Positions 63,485-64,000 of a stretch of 64,000 nt of DNA are shown here, piece after piece (the first letter of the stretch is position 1; each line of letters opens with the position of its first letter). The position numbers were made by a program, and so were the translations under genes. This DNA comes from a virus. The notes beneath the pieces are model-generated. The model saw only the letters and a list, made by a program, of their open reading frames with translations. It ran no database searches and was not told the DNA's origin. The stretch covers positions 1 through 64,000 of the IMG/VR virus record IMGVR_UViG_3300010392_005355, one strand, 5' to 3'.

Positions 63485-64000
63485 ATGACCAAGGAAACGA
63501 AAATGGCGGGCGGGTCTGATACGGCCGAGCTGATGGCGGCATTTGCGGCCTATACAGAGGCCAATGATGCGCGCCTTGCAGAGATGGAACAGAAGGGCGA
63601 AAGCGATCCGCTGACGGATGAGCGCCTGGCGCGAATTGATCGCCGCCTTGAGGCGCTGAGCCTGAAGATGGCGAGGCCGGAGGCGGGGAATGTGAAGAGT
63701 GCGGACGAAGACGCCCGTAGTGACGCCTGGACGCGTTACCTGCGCAGCGGCGATGATAGCGGGCTAGCCCGGCTGGACGTGAAAGCGCTGAATACGGGTA
63801 CGGACGAGCAGGGCGGCTATATTGCGCCGCCGGAGCTGGACCGGCTGATCGAGTCCCGCCTGATGGCGGCGAGCCCGATGCGCCAGATTGCGACCGTGCG
63901 ACAAACCTCTGCCGGGGTGTATCGCAAGCCGGTGGGCCTTGGCGCGGCGGCAAGCTGGGTGGGCGAACAGGCGGCGCGGACGGAGACGGCTCATTCCGGT
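63485..64000 (+). CDS. GTA major capsid protein (partial, runs off window)
   Basis: AGGAGA RBS; MTKETK...SDPLTDERLARID...YLRSG...GGYIAPPE...SPMRQIATV. Confidence 0.92.
   Translation, partial: MTKETKMAGGSDTAELMAAFAAYTEANDARLAEMEQKGESDPLTDERLARIDRRLEALSLKMARPEAGNVKSADEDARSDAWTRYLRSGDDSGLARLDVKALNTGTDEQGGYIAPPELDRLIESRLMAASPMRQIATVRQTSAGVYRKPVGLGAAASWVGEQAARTETAHSG

Noticed and set aside
57680-64000. Second prophage
   Set aside because: Proteins carry RcGTA-type motifs, composition is host-like, and no integrase or replication genes are visible; a GTA is more likely

Overview
Two regions are present. (1) 1-~51290: a nearly complete, apparently intact temperate siphovirus-like prophage of an alphaproteobacterium. 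The host class is inferred from GcrA, GapR and a GTA cluster; Hyphomonas/Caulobacterales-like is a guess. The left end and presumed integrase lie just outside the window. Order: leftward early/recombination arm (ASCH, FtsK-gamma-GapR fusion, SSB, exonuclease, ERF, HD hydrolase), cI/cro switch with operators, MT-A70 methylase, initiator with iterons, GcrA, late promoter followed by a ~240 nt tRNA-shaped RNA, terminase, portal fused to a 2H phosphoesterase (Acb1-like), MuF fused to an ADP-ribosyltransferase, a glycosyl/acetyl-transferase cassette inside the head module, capsid/tail genes with a -1 frameshift, GH108 lysis module and accessory modules, ending at the 5' side of tRNA-Gly(TCC). (2) ~51290-64000: host DNA with a diguanylate cyclase, a phytase plus TonB receptor under Pho-box-like repeats, and the start of a gene transfer agent (GTA) cluster (terminase, portal, protease, capsid). 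The GTA cluster is interrupted by DUF559/ParA genes and two inverted copies of a ~100 bp palindromic element. All calls come from motif recognition by eye; no database searches were run.
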